From Utricularia gibba (lineage: Eukaryota; Plantae; Magnoliophyta), in contig NEEC01000024.1 in the NCBI GenBank assembly GCA_002189035.1, forward strand, positions 806,001 through 870,000: DNA of 64,000 nt, given 5' to 3'. Position 1 is the first letter of the stretch. The number at the start of each line of letters is the position of its first letter. A model generated the notes under the pieces. It was given only the letters and a program-made list of their open reading frames with translations, searched no databases and was not told the DNA's origin. The position numbers were made by a program, and so were the translations under genes. Positions 61,101-64,000 of the stretch are shown one piece after another.

Positions 61101-64000
61101 CGCTCATGACATCCTAACTTCATTAAATGCATCACGATTTTCATCGAGTAAGACCCGATTGGGCTCAGGAGCCAGACCAAACCTTGGGCCCTTACAAAGC
61201 TGTCAACGACAGCACCCGCCTTAAAACGGCAAGCTGTTGCTTGAAAAACCATGTGGGCAGCCGCCGACAACCCAACGTTAATAAATGCATCACTTCTTTT
61301 ATCGGGCTACAGCTGACTTTGGGCCCGAGCTCGACCCGAATTCCGGGCCGATCTCGGTGACCCACAAAAGCGCCTTCTCAAGTGTATAGCATGCTGTTGA
61401 AAAAAGCATTTGGGGTAATCATGAGATCCTAACTGCAATAAAGGTATCACGATTTTCGTCGAATGGGACCTTATTGTGCTGTGAAGTCAGACCGAACCTT
61501 GGGTCCGGACGAAGTTCCCAACAACAGCACCCGCCAAAAAACGACAACTTTTGCTTCAAAAGCATGTAGGCAGCCGCCGAAAACCCAACGTTAATAAATG
61601 CATCACTTTTTTGGCCGGGCAACAAATGACTATAGGCCAGAGCGCGACTCGACCATTTGCTCGATACTAGTGCCAGCCTAGAGCACCTCGTCAAATATAA
61701 ATCAGGTTGTTGAGAAAACCATTTGGGGCGCTCATGACATCCTAACTTCATTAAATGCATCACGATTTTCATCGAGTAGGACCGATTGGGCTCAGGAGCC
61801 AGACCAAACCTTGGGCCCGTACAAAGCTGCCAACGACAGCACCCGCCTTAAAACGGCAAGCTGTTGCTTGAAAAACCATTTAGGCAGCCGCCGAAAACCC
61901 AACGTTGATAAATGCATGACTTATTTTCCGGGCTACAACTGACTATGGGCGTGAGCCCGACCCGACCTCTGGCCCAATCCCTAAACCCCCGAGAGCGCCT
62001 TCTCAAATATAAAGTAGAGTGTGGAGAAAACCCATTGGGGTTCTCATGACATCCTAACAAAAGCAAATGCATCACGATTTTCATCGAGTAGGACCCGATT
62101 GGGCTCAGGAGCCAGACCGAACCTTGGGCACTTACAAAGCTGCCAACGACAGCACCCGCCTTAAAACGGCAAGCTGTTGCTTTAAAAACCATGTGGGCAG
62201 CCGCCGACAAGCCAACGTTAATAAATGCATCACTTCTTTTGACGGGCTACAGCTGACTTTGTCCCCAAGCCCGACCTGAATTCCGGCCCGATCTCGGTGA
62301 CCCACAAAAGCGCCTTCTCAAGTTTAAAGCATGCTGTTGAAAAAAGCATTTGGGGCGGTCATGAGATCCTAACTTCAATAAAGGTATCACGATTTTCGTC
62401 GAATGGGACCTTATTGTGCTGTGAAGTCAGACCGAACCTTGGGTCCGGACGAAGTTCCCAACAGCACCCGCCAAAAAACGACAACTTTTGCTTCAAAAAG
62501 CATGTAGGCAGCCGCCGAAAACCCAACGTTAATAAATGCATCGCTTTTTTGACCAGGCTACAAATGACTATGGGCCAGAGCGCGACTCGACCATTTGCTC
62601 GATACTAGTGCCAGCCTAGAGCACCTCGTCAAATAAAAATCAGGTTGTTGAGAAAACCATTTGGGGCGCTCATGACATCCTAACTTCATTAAATGCATCA
62701 CGATTTTCATCGAGTAGGACCCGATTGGGCTCAGGAGCCAGACCAAACCTTGGGCCCTTACAAAGCTGTCAACGACAGCACCCGCCTTAAAACGGCAAGC
62801 TGTTGCTTGAAAAACCATGTGGGCAGCCGCCGACAACCCAACGTTAATAAATGCATCACTTTTTTATCGGGCTACAGCTGACTTTGGGCCGAGCTCGACC
62901 CGAATTCCGGGCCGATCTCGGTGACCCACAAAAGCGCCTTCTCAAGTGTATAGCATGCTGTTGAAAAAAGCATTTGGGGTAATCATGAGATCCTAACTGC
63001 AATAAAGGTATCACGATTTTCGTCGAATGGGACCTTATTGTGCTGTGAAGTCAGACCGAACCTTGGGTCCGGACGAAGTTCCCAACAACAGCACCCGCCA
63101 AAAAACGACAACTTTTGCTTCAAAAAGCATGTAGGCAGCCGCCGAAAACCCAACGTTAATAAATGCATCACTTTTTTGGCCGGGCTACAAATGACTATGG
63201 CCAGAGCGCGACTCGACCATTTGCTCGATACTAGTGCCAGCCTAGAGCACCTCGTCAAATATAAATCAGGTTGTTGAGAAAACCATTTGGGGCGCTCATG
63301 ACATCCTAACTTCATTAAATGCATCACGATTTTCATCGAGTAGGACCCGATTGGGCTCAGGAGCCAGACCAAACCTTGGGCCCTACAAAGCTGCCAACGA
63401 CAGCACCCGCCTTAAAACGGCAAGCTGTTGCTTGAAAAACCATTTAGGCAGCCGCCGAAAACCCAACGTTGATAAATGCATGACTTATTTTCCGGGCTAC
63501 AACTGACTATGGGCGTGAGCCCGACCCGACCTCTGGCCCAATCCCTAAACCCCCCGAGAGCGCCTTCTCAAATATAAAGTAGAGTGTGGAGAAAACCCAT
63601 TGGGGTTCTCATGACATCTAACAAAAGCAAATGCATCACGATTTTCATCGAGTAGGACCCGATTGGGCTCAGGAGCCAGACCGAACCTTGGGCCTTACAA
63701 AGCTGCCAACGACAGCACCCGCCTTAAAACGGCAAGCTGTTGCTTGAAAAACCATGTGGGCAGCCGCCGACAAGCCAACGTTAATAAATGCATCACTTCT
63801 TTTGACGGGCTACAGCTGACTTTGTCCCCCAAGCCCGACCTGAATTCCGGCCCGATCTCGGTGACCCACAAAAGCGCCTTCTCAAGTTTAAAGCATGCTG
63901 TTGAAAAAAGCATTTGGGGCGGTCATGAGATCCTAACTTCAATAAAGGTATCACGATTTTCGTCGAATGGGACCTTATTGTGCTGTGAAGTCAGACGAAC
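55144..64000. repeat. Satellite array: ~157-bp subunits, 311-316-bp dimeric monomers (28 complete), ~1.57-kb 5-monomer higher-order repeat; runs off the window
   Basis: Monomer starts (CATGA[G/C]ATC) at 55144, 55457, 55770, 56086, 56400, 56715 ... 63924. The same monomer variant recurs at 56086, 57653, 59221, 60792, 62360 and 63924. Confidence 0.97.

Noticed and set aside
55144-64000. Dozens of recurring 60-180 aa ORFs (e.g. MHHDFHRVGPDW..., MSAAAHMVFQ...)
   Set aside because: They are by-products of a GC-balanced tandem repeat. They occur on both strands, change frame with 1-bp indels and contain no known motif.
55144-64000. Array as CRISPR, 5S rDNA, tRNA cluster or telomere
   Set aside because: No unique spacers or cas genes, and the context is eukaryotic. 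No match to the conserved plant 5S sequence, no cloverleaf, and only an isolated CCCTAAA per HOR.

Overview
Plant (angiosperm) nuclear DNA at the edge of a heterochromatic block. (1) 1-30 kb: nested Ty3/gypsy LTR retrotransposon debris. It is mostly Athila-type solo LTRs with intact TG..CA ends and 5-bp TSDs, plus a broken gag-PR/RT-RH-INT and a decayed PIF/Harbinger transposon. (2) 30-44 kb: a small gene island with a hAT MITE, HAL3/PPC-decarboxylase, an organellar Der/EngA double GTPase and a choline/ethanolamine kinase. The kinase has two G-homopolymer frameshifts. A Copia relic here is split by an Athila solo LTR that itself holds a CRM (centromeric chromovirus) solo LTR. (3) 44.4-50.9 kb: a complete 6.5-kb PIF/Harbinger element (TIRs plus TTA TSD). 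Besides the usual DDE transposase and Myb/SANT gene, it carries a third, intron-containing gene joining a Tat/Retand-like 'putative gypsy transposase' (PF04195-like) domain to a plant HAD/NIF (FCP1/SCP-like) phosphatase domain. This is the most novel-looking item. (4) 55.1-64 kb: a satellite array that starts abruptly inside a MuDR transposase relic. It has a ~157-bp basic unit, a ~313-bp dimer and a ~1.57-kb higher-order repeat. All family calls come from motif recognition by eye; no database searches were run. LTR family labels W, X, Y and Z are my own.
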